IMG/VR virus record: IMGVR_UViG_3300045988_122505
Coordinates: 1-39,305 of that record
Source of the DNA: a virus
Length of the DNA: 39,305 bases
Strand: one strand, 5' to 3'
Positions 1 through 7,579 of this stretch are shown piece after piece (the first letter of the stretch is position 1; each line of letters starts with the position of its first letter). Below the pieces are notes generated by a model. The model searched no databases. It was not told the origin of the DNA and was given only the letters and a program-made list of their open reading frames with translations. Position numbers and translations under genes: made by a program.

Positions 1-55
1 ACGGTTCGAAGCATGTGTTCGGCGGCACCTTGTACTCGCCTTTCCCATTGAGTCC
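1..55. repeat. Terminal direct repeat, copy 1 (identical to 39251..39305); assembly overlap of a circular or circularly permuted genome
   Basis: The first 55 nt (acggttcgaagcatgtgttcggcggcaccttgtactcgcctttcccattgagtcc) are repeated exactly as the last 55 nt of the window. Confidence 0.95.
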
Positions 56-193
56 AGGCAGCACGTCGGTCCGCACCACACTCCACCCCTCGGAAAGCAG
101 GCTTTCGAGCGTTCCGGCGTTGTTCAGCGTAAGCGTCCATGCGTCCCTGTCGGTCGTGTATGTGAGCGGCACTACCTTAAATTTCCAACTCAC
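1..193 (-). CDS. Hypothetical protein, 5' part of a junction-spanning ORF (continues at 39250..39204; 79 aa once the overlap is collapsed)
   Basis: GTG at 193 overlaps the upstream stop (GTGA) and AAGGAG lies 8 nt upstream. The frame is open to base 1 and continues in frame from 39250 to a TGA at 39206-39204 (193+47=240 nt). Confidence 0.45.
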   Translation of the reverse strand, partial: MSWKFKVVPLTYTTDRDAWTLTLNNAGTLESLLSEGWSVVRTDVLPGLNGKGEYKVPPNTCFEP

Positions 194-639
194 TGCTCCG
201 TCTCCTTCTGCTCGTCCAGCCACCTTTCGAACAGCCGGTACATGTCCAACGAAATGGCCCTCACCGGCTGGAACTTCATCCGCCACATGCAGTCGGCACA
301 CACCTCCGAAGCGGTCTTCGCCTGATCCATATAGGCAAGATGCAGGGCATAGACCGGACTGGACACCCGCCTGCCACACAGATCGCAGGTGTGCATATCC
401 TGCGTGACCAGCTCGTCGCGCTGGGGCAGGAACGGATTCTCCGCACCCCTTTCATCCACGGCGGCGGCGAGCGCCTTCCTGATCTCGTCCCTGGCGTAGA
501 GGAAGGCGTTGTGTCGGGTCTGGGCGTAGCCGCCGAAAGGGGTATTGCCGTCCCTTGTCGCGGCGCGGACGGCTTCGAGTTCCTGGTCGATGAGTTTGTT
601 GAGCACGCCGATGGCGATGTCTGCTTCACTGTCTTTCAT
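190..639 (-). CDS. Hypothetical protein with CxxC...CxxC zinc-ribbon-like motif (149 aa)
   Basis: ATG at 639 is preceded by AAGGAAAAGGA and has a 4-nt ATGA overlap with the upstream ORF. The longer 183-aa track ORF has an Arg-rich N-terminus that does not look coding. Confidence 0.6.
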   Translation of the reverse strand: MKDSEADIAIGVLNKLIDQELEAVRAATRDGNTPFGGYAQTRHNAFLYARDEIRKALAAAVDERGAENPFLPQRDELVTQDMHTCDLCGRRVSSPVYALHLAYMDQAKTASEVCADCMWRMKFQPVRAISLDMYRLFERWLDEQKETEQ

Positions 640-770
640 TGTTGTTCCTTTTCCTTGTCGTGTTCCGCCGACCATCTGAGCAGGGCGTTGACGGCGATTT
701 CGCACGCCTGCCGTTCCTCGTCGTCCTCTGGTGCGATACATACGGCGCCGTCCTGGGGGGTGATTTTCAT
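636..770 (-). CDS. Small hypothetical protein (44 aa)
   Basis: ATG at 770 follows GAGGA. The ORF overlaps both neighbours by 4 nt. Confidence 0.4.
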   Translation of the reverse strand: MKITPQDGAVCIAPEDDEERQACEIAVNALLRWSAEHDKEKEQQ

Positions 771-1042
771 CGTGGTTCCTCGTCCGCTCCGCTGACGTGA
801 TTCCAGTCGCATGACAGGCCGGCCTTCTTGTAGTCCGAGTAGACGACGCAGTCCACTTTCCTCGTGTCGGTCAGGGTGATGACGCATTCCGTGAATACGT
901 CGGCCTCGGCGGAGCACTGCGAGTCGATGGACCGGACCGCATGCGCTGGCGTGGAAGGCTCCGACGCGCTTCCGCATCCTGCGAGCGCGGTGCAGAGGGT
1001 GAGGGTGATGGCGGTAAGTGTGGCGCAGATGGTGTTTCTCAT
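767..1042 (-). CDS. Putative lipoprotein (91 aa)
   Basis: The N-terminus MRNTICATLTAITLTLCTALAGCGS is a signal peptide with an LAGC lipobox. AAGGA lies upstream of the ATG at 1042. Confidence 0.6.
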   Translation of the reverse strand: MRNTICATLTAITLTLCTALAGCGSASEPSTPAHAVRSIDSQCSAEADVFTECVITLTDTRKVDCVVYSDYKKAGLSCDWNHVSGADEEPR

Positions 1043-1302
1043 TGTTCGTTCCTTTGATGGTGGCTGGCGTGGTGGTTCCAGAGGCGGATGGCTTTGTTGA
1101 GGCTTCTGCCGTCGACGTGGAGGATGCATTTGTGCCGGCAGTTGGGGCAGATGCAGCCGTAGATGGTGTTGACCGGTTTGCGTGTGCGGAGTTTGTAGAT
1201 GGCGCCGAGGGTCAGGATGAGCGGCTGTGACTGTCGGCATGCCGGGCAGGGTGCGGGTCTGCGCCATTTGCGTGGGTTGGTGGCGATTCTGACGGTGTGC
1301 AT
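1039..1302 (-). CDS. Zinc-ribbon protein, Lar-family restriction-alleviation-like (87 aa)
   Basis: CPAC...CPNC pairs are followed by a C-terminal NKAIRLWNHH motif resembling the Lar-family A-x-x-x-WN signature. ATG at 1302 has an AAAGGAA RBS. Confidence 0.45.
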   Translation of the reverse strand: MHTVRIATNPRKWRRPAPCPACRQSQPLILTLGAIYKLRTRKPVNTIYGCICPNCRHKCILHVDGRSLNKAIRLWNHHASHHQRNEQ

Positions 1303-1303
1303 T

Positions 1304-1555
1304 TCATTCCTTTCCGTAGATGGCGAGGCTTCTTATGCCGTCGCTCATGCCGTTGGAACATGTGTTCGGATCATGGTCGATGATGTCGTTTCCGATGCCT
1401 TGGAAGCGGAGGGTGGCGGTGCCGTCCGGCCGGCGGATGAGTTCGAGCCGGCCGTCGATGATGACGTCCTGGTCGGTGCGGGCGATGCAGCGGCGGCCGA
1501 TCAGGATGGCCGGGTCGGCCGACCGCCACTTGTGCAATGGGACGATGATGCTCAT
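1304..1555 (-). CDS. Hypothetical protein (83 aa)
   Basis: ORF with ATG at 1555, tightly packed in the operon. Confidence 0.55.
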   Translation of the reverse strand: MSIIVPLHKWRSADPAILIGRRCIARTDQDVIIDGRLELIRRPDGTATLRFQGIGNDIIDHDPNTCSNGMSDGIRSLAIYGKE

Positions 1556-1620
1556 TCCCGGCCACCCATCCAGCCGATCAGGAAGGCGAGCGCCAGGAGG
1601 ATTATTGCGGTGTGGCTCAT
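1552..1620 (-). CDS. Possible 22-aa hydrophobic mini-protein (MSHTAIILLALAFLIGWMGGRE)
   Basis: ATG at 1620 and TGA at 1552 both form ATGA overlaps with the flanking ORFs. There is a single hydrophobic helix. Confidence 0.3.
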   Translation of the reverse strand: MSHTAIILLALAFLIGWMGGRE

Positions 1621-1829
1621 GCCGTTCCTCCGATCTCCGGGCTGGCCAGCATCTCGGTGATCGCGTCCTTGGCTATCAGGCGCCATGGTTCGCGGCCGTC
1701 GTCGTCGAGGTTTTCCCACGTGAGGTGTTTGCGGTGGCCGTTGGCGTGGAATCGGTTGTAGATGGCGTGCGCGACGGCGTATTGCGTGTCGAGGCTGATG
1801 ACGAGCTGGTCTTGCTGGTCTTCGGTCAT
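1617..1829 (-). CDS. Hypothetical protein (70 aa)
   Basis: ATG at 1829 follows GGAGAC. The N-terminal extension in the track is Arg/His-rich junk. Confidence 0.5.
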   Translation of the reverse strand: MTEDQQDQLVISLDTQYAVAHAIYNRFHANGHRKHLTWENLDDDGREPWRLIAKDAITEMLASPEIGGTA

Positions 1830-2077
1830 TGGTAGGTCTCCGGTCTTGGCGGTGCGAGCAGTGCGGCGATCGCGTAGCTGGCGAGGCTGGTGGCGAGCGC
1901 CGCGATGGTCAGTGCGGTGTGGATGGCGAGCCACGTGATTGGTGTCCACTGGTGGAGTGCCTGTCCGATGATCGCCCTGATGACGGCGTGCGGGATGAGC
2001 AGCAGCGCGAGGAGGGTGAACAGCGTGGCCATGGCGTCTCCGAGCCGGTCGGCGAGGTGGCTGATGGTCTTTCTCAC
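1826..2077 (-). CDS. Small membrane protein (about 83 aa; alternative ATG at 2032)
   Basis: Two hydrophobic helices (LFTLLALLLIPHAVI, LAIHTALTIAALATSLASYAIAALL). GTG at 2077 forms a GTGA overlap with the exonuclease stop. Confidence 0.5.
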   Translation of the reverse strand: MRKTISHLADRLGDAMATLFTLLALLLIPHAVIRAIIGQALHQWTPITWLAIHTALTIAALATSLASYAIAALLAPPRPETYQ

Positions 2078-2649
2078 TTGTGGTCTCCCGTCTTGACGGC
2101 GAGTGTCTCGAGCATGGCCTTGTAGTCTTTGATGTCGCGTGCGATGCAGGATTTCACCCGGTGCGGGCCGCTGTCGCCCTGGTATGGATCCGGGGCGCCG
2201 AGCACGGTGACGAGTCGGCGGATGGTGGCCATGTCGTATTTGCGGTAGGTGAGCCACGCGTCAGGGTTGAGGTTGAGTCGGCGGAGGAAGTCAAGGTCGA
2301 AGTCCACGTTGGTCCCCGCGGGGACGAGGGAGAAGCGCTGGGAGAGCGAGTCAAGGAATTCCTCCACGGCGTTGGCCACGACGACCATGCTGTCATTGCG
2401 CACGGAGCCTCCCATGAGTTCGAACAGCAGGCCGTTGTCGGTGTGCATGGAGAAGGCGACGGGGCTCATGGACAGGAGGTCGAGTCTGTCCGGGCGGATG
2501 ATGCGGGACAATGATCCGAACTTTTGTTCGCCCAGCATGTCGGTACATTCCATACCGATCTCCAATGGCAGGCTTTTGCGCCTGTCCACGCCTGTGGTCT
2601 CAAAGTCGATCCACAGCAGCGCCTCCGGTTTGCCGTTATTCTCGTGCAT
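2074..2649 (-). CDS. DEDDh 3'-5' exonuclease (oligoribonuclease/DnaQ-like), 191 aa
   Basis: The Exo I motif is WIDFETTG. The C-terminus has an H-x4-D motif (HRVKSCIARD). GGAAGGA RBS. Confidence 0.7.
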   Translation of the reverse strand: MHENNGKPEALLWIDFETTGVDRRKSLPLEIGMECTDMLGEQKFGSLSRIIRPDRLDLLSMSPVAFSMHTDNGLLFELMGGSVRNDSMVVVANAVEEFLDSLSQRFSLVPAGTNVDFDLDFLRRLNLNPDAWLTYRKYDMATIRRLVTVLGAPDPYQGDSGPHRVKSCIARDIKDYKAMLETLAVKTGDHK

Positions 2650-3040
2650 TTGTCATTCCTTCCGTTTGAATTGTCAATGTTTCGCGCATGGTCAATGGCG
2701 TGGCCGTGCCGTCCTGGTTGAGCCAGAGCCATCTCCCCTGCCAGTCGCGCACTGGGGTGGAGAGAGGATCTATGCCGAGCGGGACGATCAGTCCAAGCCG
2801 TTCGGCCTCGGCCACATGCTGGTGGACCCACCCATGGCAGCCGGTCGTGCCCGAACCGCACAGCTCGACGATGTTGGCCGGACTGTGCCTCACATCCGGA
2901 TCCGCCGCCCGACGCAGTTGACGGTGATGGCCGGAACGTCCAGGCCAGCATGACGGATCATGGATGTTCGTCCCGCAACGCAGGCAATGCCAACCCTGCC
3001 GCTCCAAAGCGGCACGCTTCGAATCAGCAAACTCACTCAC
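2636..3040 (-). CDS. HNH endonuclease (134 aa)
   Basis: CLRCG...GHHRQLRR...NIVELC...GCHGWVH matches the HNH beta-beta-alpha-metal layout. GTG start at 3040. Confidence 0.7.
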   Translation of the reverse strand: MSEFADSKRAALERQGWHCLRCGTNIHDPSCWPGRSGHHRQLRRAADPDVRHSPANIVELCGSGTTGCHGWVHQHVAEAERLGLIVPLGIDPLSTPVRDWQGRWLWLNQDGTATPLTMRETLTIQTEGMTNARE

Positions 3041-3233
3041 AACGCACCACCTCCTGCATCAGACCGTCAACCAACACCAAACACGAAGTGCAATTGGCCC
3101 TCAACCCGGCCGCCATCGCCACGATGCCGTCATCCGCCCTGCCGCCGGCGAGCGCTCGCAGTTCGATTGTGCTGGCGGTCTGGGCGGTGTCGGTGAGGAG
3201 TTGGGCGAGTTTGTCGAGTTGTTCCCTGGTCAT
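3033..3233 (-). CDS. Hypothetical protein (66 aa)
   Basis: ATG at 3233 forms an ATGA overlap with the ParB-like stop and follows GAGGAGAA. The rest of the 328-aa track ORF is an alternate frame of the ParB-like gene. Confidence 0.5.
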   Translation of the reverse strand: MTREQLDKLAQLLTDTAQTASTIELRALAGGRADDGIVAMAAGLRANCTSCLVLVDGLMQEVVRCE

Positions 3234-4627
3234 TGGTTGTTCTCCTCGTCTTCTTCGTTTTCGTCGGCTTCGCTGATGGCGGCGGCGAGCTGGTCGAGGT
3301 GGCTGGTTTCGTCGTCGGCGGGCGTGTAGCCGAGGTCTTGGAGGATTTGGTAGTAGCCGGGGATGCGTCTGCTGGTGTCGTTGACGGTGGTCCAGTCGGT
3401 CGGGTCGATGAACCATTCGATGCGTGCGGCGAGGATGGTCACGGCTTCCAGTGGCCAGTCGTCGGTCTGCAGGCTGATGCGCGCGGCCGTGGGGGCGTCT
3501 TCGGCTGTGATGCCGCTGATCTTCTCGTATTCCTTGCGGCTGCCGCTGTGTTCGTTCCAGCTGGTGAGGGCGTCGGTGAAGCCGTTTGGGAAGGGGTCGA
3601 TGATCTGCAGGAGTCCGAGCCGGGCCGTGGTTTCGATGAGCTTGTCGCGTTTGATGCCGTAGAGGTTGGCGTGGAGCCATGCCATGCGCTTGTCCGCGGA
3701 TGCGGCGGCGTATTCCTCGAGCGCGTGCCGGCGGGCGTCGCGTTCGGCCTGTTCGGCGGCTCGTCGGGCTTCCTTTTCGGCGTCGGCGGTCTTGTCGCGG
3801 CGGGACCAGAGGTAGACCTGCTGCGAGACCGTGTGGATGGATACGGCTGCGTGGTTTTGTTCGCGGATCTTCTCGATGGCTTCTTCGGGGGTGCCGGTGG
3901 ATGGGAACATGCAGCCGGCGTATCGCCATTCCGGGTCGCTGTAGGGCTTTTCGGGGTCGGGGATGAGGTTGATGCCGTTGTCGGGCTCCCCGAGGAGCGC
4001 GGCGACCGATTCGACCCATTGCCGGTCGCTGTCGTCGCGTTCGATGTTGCGGAGGATGTAGTCGAAGTTCGAGGTGCCGGCCGCCTGCGCGAGCTTCTTC
4101 TGCCTGTCCGGCTGGCCGTCGTATCGCGCGATGGCCACGAGCTGACCGATGGAGATCTGGCCGAAATCGTCGCGGGATGCTCTGACCTCGGTCTTGATGC
4201 TGGCGGCCTTGGCGCGGTCACGCACGTAGTCGGCGCTTCGGCCGAGCCGGTGGGCGACGCTGGCGGTGGTGGCTCCGAGGTCGAGCATGCCCTGGATGGC
4301 GTCGGCCTCCTCGAGGACGGTGAGCTGTTCGCGCTGGCAGTTTTCGGTGACCATGGCCTCCAACTGCTGCAACGGGTCTAAGTCAAGCACGAAACACGGC
4401 ACGGCTCCGGTGCCAGCCTGCTTGCATGCGGCGAGACGACGATGGCCGGCGATGACACGATAGCGCTCGCCGTTGGGTACGACGGAGAGCGGCGAGAGCA
4501 GGCCGTTGGCTTTGATGCTGGCCGCGAGGTCGGTCACGTCGCCGATCTGCTTTCGTGGATTGTCCGGGTGGGGGTCGATGAGGCTGGTGTTGATGAGCTT
4601 GATTTCGTTGCTTTGGTAGTTGCTCAT
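3230..4627 (-). CDS. ParB/Srx-domain (ParB-like nuclease domain) protein, 465 aa
   Basis: The N-terminus LIDPHPDNPRKQ...ASIKANGLLSPLSV...YRVIAGHRRLAACKQAG matches ParB-box motifs. ATG at 4627 overlaps the upstream stop (ATGA). Confidence 0.75.
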   Translation of the reverse strand: MSNYQSNEIKLINTSLIDPHPDNPRKQIGDVTDLAASIKANGLLSPLSVVPNGERYRVIAGHRRLAACKQAGTGAVPCFVLDLDPLQQLEAMVTENCQREQLTVLEEADAIQGMLDLGATTASVAHRLGRSADYVRDRAKAASIKTEVRASRDDFGQISIGQLVAIARYDGQPDRQKKLAQAAGTSNFDYILRNIERDDSDRQWVESVAALLGEPDNGINLIPDPEKPYSDPEWRYAGCMFPSTGTPEEAIEKIREQNHAAVSIHTVSQQVYLWSRRDKTADAEKEARRAAEQAERDARRHALEEYAAASADKRMAWLHANLYGIKRDKLIETTARLGLLQIIDPFPNGFTDALTSWNEHSGSRKEYEKISGITAEDAPTAARISLQTDDWPLEAVTILAARIEWFIDPTDWTTVNDTSRRIPGYYQILQDLGYTPADDETSHLDQLAAAISEADENEEDEENNQ

Positions 4628-5619
4628 TGCTTCTCCTTGCTGGTTTCTTGTCGGTTGTTGAGTTCGTCTGCGCATGCCTGGCATGCCTGCCACCATTCGC
4701 TTGGGTGTCCTTCGCGGAGGCTGCCGGTGTGGTCGTATTCGTCTTCGTGGGGGTCCATGAGCTGGTGGACGTGGTTGCAGTTCCAGGTGTGGTTGTGGCG
4801 TGGCTGGCTTGTGGCTGGTTCTGGAGCCCAGGTCTGCCATTGGTCGCGGAGCCATGTGGCGAGTCGCGGGACCTGCCGTTGTGGCACTTGGCCGTCGTTG
4901 ACGGCGCGCTTGTAGCGGCGGAGCGCGGTCTGGAGTCGGGTCAGTTCGACGGGGTTTCCGGCGATGGCCGCATACAGGGCTCTGGCTTCGGCTTCGGTCT
5001 TGCGGCCTTTCGCGCCGATGGATCCGGGATAGGCTTCGGCGAAATGGTCGAAGCCGGATTCCGGCGTGGCGGGTTGCTTCGGTTTGCCGGCGGGAGGGGT
5101 CGGAGAGGGATTATCGGTATCGGTATCGGTTTTATGCCATGTTTTTGCTTGGCTGTCCTCTAGCAACTTGCTAGACGGTTTGCTACCTGTCTCGCTACTG
5201 TTTTGCTCTCCGTTTGCTTGGCTGTTTTCCGGCAAGTCGCCAGACGTCTGCTTGGCTTTCTGGTTGGCCGCCTTGCGGCGTCCTCCCTTGCTTCCGGCCT
5301 TTCTGCGCGCCTCGCGCTGCTCTTCGGTCAACACTCGCGGCTCCCTGCAGATGCCTTCGGCGTAGACGGGACGCCATCCGCCGTCGTGCTCCTCCATAAG
5401 GCCGGAGTCGATGAGCTGCTGGAGCTGTTTCATGGTGCCTCCGGCGTCCTTGAGGTCGAGCTCGTCGAAGTGGCCGGGGTATGCCGCCGGGTCCTTGGCC
5501 TGCATCGAGACGCCTTTGGAGTGGATGACGCACAGCTTGATCCACAGTCCCACGGTGGCGAGCGGCAGGCGTTTTATGCGCCTGTCGTCAGCCATCTGGT
5601 CGTCGACAATAAACCACAT
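4624..5619 (-). CDS. Hypothetical protein, possibly replisome-organizer-like (331 aa)
   Basis: ATG at 5619 follows GGAAGGAGAAG. The N-terminus (MWFIVDDQMADDRRIKRLPLATVGLWIKL) resembles phage replication organizer N-domains, followed by a basic low-complexity linker and a Cys/His-rich C-terminus. Confidence 0.4.
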   Translation of the reverse strand: MWFIVDDQMADDRRIKRLPLATVGLWIKLCVIHSKGVSMQAKDPAAYPGHFDELDLKDAGGTMKQLQQLIDSGLMEEHDGGWRPVYAEGICREPRVLTEEQREARRKAGSKGGRRKAANQKAKQTSGDLPENSQANGEQNSSETGSKPSSKLLEDSQAKTWHKTDTDTDNPSPTPPAGKPKQPATPESGFDHFAEAYPGSIGAKGRKTEAEARALYAAIAGNPVELTRLQTALRRYKRAVNDGQVPQRQVPRLATWLRDQWQTWAPEPATSQPRHNHTWNCNHVHQLMDPHEDEYDHTGSLREGHPSEWWQACQACADELNNRQETSKEKQ

Positions 5620-5641
5620 CTCTTCTTCTCCTTCCTGTGGT

Positions 5642-6019
5642 TCAGTCGATCTCGCCGGTGTCCGGATCGACGGTCGCCTCCACGTCGCCATCGTCCATGT
5701 CGAGACTGCGGCGCAGGTCGTCGATGAGGATCATCTGCCGTGACGAGGCGGGTTTCGCGCACATGCTCTCCATGGCCAGACCGGCGTCCAGGATGCGCTG
5801 GGCGAGGTCGGCGCAGTCGTACACGACCTCGGTGATGGCGTGCATGCCGCCCCACTTGTCGATGTGCTCCTTTTTGGTCTTGGTGTCCATGCATGCGCGG
5901 CATGCCTTGAGCACGACGGCCGCGGCCTTGGTGACCTGCTGCGTCTTGCCGATGAGGTCGATGAGCAGGTCCGGTGTGGCTTCCTGCGGGATGAGCGCCT
6001 GCTGTTCTGTGGCTTTCAT
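5642..6019 (-). CDS. Hypothetical protein (125 aa)
   Basis: Clean ORF in the operon; no motif recognised. Confidence 0.55.
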   Translation of the reverse strand: MKATEQQALIPQEATPDLLIDLIGKTQQVTKAAAVVLKACRACMDTKTKKEHIDKWGGMHAITEVVYDCADLAQRILDAGLAMESMCAKPASSRQMILIDDLRRSLDMDDGDVEATVDPDTGEID

Positions 6020-6151
6020 TGATGCTCCTTGTCCTTAAAAGTCCGGCTCGCCGTCGGCCTTGCCGAATTCTCCGAATGATGACTGGCCGTCTGTCGGCGC
6101 GCTCCACGGATCATCCGCAGGCGGAGCCGGTTGCGCGGGCTGTTGCGTCTG

Positions 6152-6607
6152 CTACGGCTGTTGGCTCCAGCCGCCGGCGCCGGTGTTGACGGTCGTCGGC
6201 CGTGGAGAGGCGGGGTTGCCGTAGACGGGGCCGTCCTGGCGGCTGATGCGGTGGACCTGCGCCGTCGCGTACCGGAGCGATGGGCCGAGCTCGTCGACCT
6301 GCAGCTCCACGACGGTGCGGTTCGAGCCGTCCTGCGCCTGATACGAGCGCTGCTGGAGTCTGCCCTGGGCGATGACGCGCATGCCCTTGGCTAAGGAGCG
6401 GGCGCAATGCTGCCCGAATTCGTTCCAGGCGGAGCATCGCATGAAGAGTGTCGAACCGTCCTCGTATTGGCCGGTCTGCTTGTTGAAGTTGCGCGGCGTG
6501 TTGGCGATGGTGAAGCTGGCGACCTGCGCGCCCTGGCTGGTGGTCCTGATCTCCGGATCCGAGGTGAGGTTGCCGATGATGGTGATGACGGTCTCTCCGA
6601 TGGCCAT
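6152..6607 (-). CDS. ssb: Single-stranded DNA-binding protein (OB fold), 151 aa as terminated; an in-frame extension to 6035 encodes the missing acidic tip
   Basis: MAIGETVITIIGNLTSDPEIRTTSQGAQVASFTIA... is a canonical SSB N-terminus. The ORF stops at TAG 6154-6152. The next 38 in-frame codons end in ...ADGEPDF then TAA (6037-6035). Confidence 0.85.
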   Translation of the reverse strand: MAIGETVITIIGNLTSDPEIRTTSQGAQVASFTIANTPRNFNKQTGQYEDGSTLFMRCSAWNEFGQHCARSLAKGMRVIAQGRLQQRSYQAQDGSNRTVVELQVDELGPSLRYATAQVHRISRQDGPVYGNPASPRPTTVNTGAGGWSQQP

Positions 6608-6608
6608 G

Positions 6609-6893
6609 TCAGGCTCCCTTCACGTATCCGGCTGGCTCCGGGCCGAGCTGGCTGGGATCCTTGGCCTTCCATGCGCATTTCGCGCGGAGGCATCCGGCCT
6701 CGCGGTCGATGATGATGTCTCCGAAGCGCGCCGGAGCGACCAGCGTGAGATTCCAGCTGCGGTCGCGGTTGAGCGCGGATACGGTCTCGTACAATTCGCT
6801 GATGAGCTCTGCCGCCGTCATGCCGATGCTGGTCGGCATGAGTGGCCATTCGAACCACCGCTCGCCTTCCGGCCTGGCTGCATTGCTTGGCAT
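6609..6893 (-). CDS. Hypothetical protein (94 aa)
   Basis: ATG at 6893 is preceded by AAAGGAGG. Confidence 0.55.
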   Translation of the reverse strand: MPSNAARPEGERWFEWPLMPTSIGMTAAELISELYETVSALNRDRSWNLTLVAPARFGDIIIDREAGCLRAKCAWKAKDPSQLGPEPAGYVKGA

Positions 6894-6926
6894 CGTGTGC
6901 CTCCTTTGGGATTGGATTGGATGTCG

Positions 6927-7016
6927 TGCCGGAGCGCGGAATCGAACCGCGCATCCATCCGCCGGCGCTGTCGGAGCGCCGATCCATGGCACCCGCATCC
7001 TGTCGCGGGCTCCGGC
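6927..7016 (-). tRNA. tRNA-like element, best fold is class II tRNA-Ser(GGA), 90 nt
   Basis: Read on the minus strand, there is a perfect 7-bp acceptor stem (GCCGGAG/CTCCGGC) and a 5-bp T stem with a TTCGATT loop. There is also a 3-bp D stem with AGG in its loop, and a 5-bp anticodon stem with loop AT-GGA-TC (anticodon at 6985-6983). The variable region is about 24 nt. Atypical features are C8/C9 and a pyrimidine at position 37. Confidence 0.5.
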
Positions 7017-7156
7017 GGGACGGACGGGAGGAGAAGAAGAAGATGACCCGTCCGGACGGTTTTAGCGTCTTTCCCTTGACGGTTGGGTGGCTCCCGCATG
7101 GACGCGCATGACGAGACACGTCCATGCCGCAATGTGAGCGGAGCCATCCAAGTCCT

Positions 7157-7366
7157 TCACTTCTGCTGCTCCAGCCATCGCATGACGCGGGGATCCGAGA
7201 AGATGCGGCACGTGACGACGGCCGCGGGGATGAGCACCGCGATCGGCGCGGCGATGAGGTGTTCGATGGGATGCGTGCACGCCGGTGTGCAGTACAGCAC
7301 CCAGATGGCGGCGATCCAGATGGCGGCGACGAGCTGGCAGAGGATGGCGTGTGCGAGCTTGGTCAT
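7157..7366 (-). CDS. Small membrane protein (69 aa)
   Basis: ATG at 7366 follows GAGGAGGA. Two hydrophobic helices. Confidence 0.55.
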   Translation of the reverse strand: MTKLAHAILCQLVAAIWIAAIWVLYCTPACTHPIEHLIAAPIAVLIPAAVVTCRIFSDPRVMRWLEQQK

Positions 7367-7569
7367 GATTCCTCCTCGTCCATCTCGCGCAGCAGACGGC
7401 CGATGCTGATCTGCAGCGATTCGAGCGCTGCGCGGCTGATGGTCACTCCGGCGAGGTGGCCTTCGTCGGTGATGATGCTGATTCGCGCGGCCTTGACGTC
7501 GGCTCCGCACTTGTGGTCGCGGATGACCATGACGGCGGAGTGGTCTTTCGGCTTGGATTCCTTGCGCAT
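7363..7569 (-). CDS. Hypothetical protein (68 aa)
   Basis: ATG at 7569 follows TAAGGAGG. Confidence 0.55.
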   Translation of the reverse strand: MRKESKPKDHSAVMVIRDHKCGADVKAARISIITDEGHLAGVTISRAALESLQISIGRLLREMDEEES

Positions 7570-7579
7570 GTTTGCCTCC

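Noticed and set aside
3033-4019. 328-aa Arg/Pro-rich minus-strand ORF
   Set aside because: It is an alternate frame of the ParB-like gene. Only its last 66 codons (3033-3233) have an RBS and a plausible composition.
3233-4381. Long plus-strand ORFs antisense to confident minus-strand genes (for example 3233-4381, 10559-11743, 14278-15597, 20318-21145, 22410-23288, 28609-29718, 31822-32835)
   Set aside because: These are Val/Gly/Ala/Arg-rich translations typical of the antisense strand of high-GC coding DNA. They have no RBS and fully overlap genes with clear motifs (ParB-like, lysin, DGR target, TMP, capsid, portal).
6152-6154. Genome-wide TAG stop-codon reassignment
   Set aside because: TAG ends the gpG chaperone, the expressed RBP, shufflon cassettes 1, 3 and 4, and the terL ATPase ORF at sensible positions. 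Only the SSB case has a conserved in-frame continuation.
6927-7016. Alternative fold of the tRNA-like element with a GGCGC/GCGCC stem and CGA anticodon
   Set aside because: It lacks U33 and leaves 13 unpaired nucleotides between the D arm and anticodon arm. The GGA fold fits the cloverleaf better.
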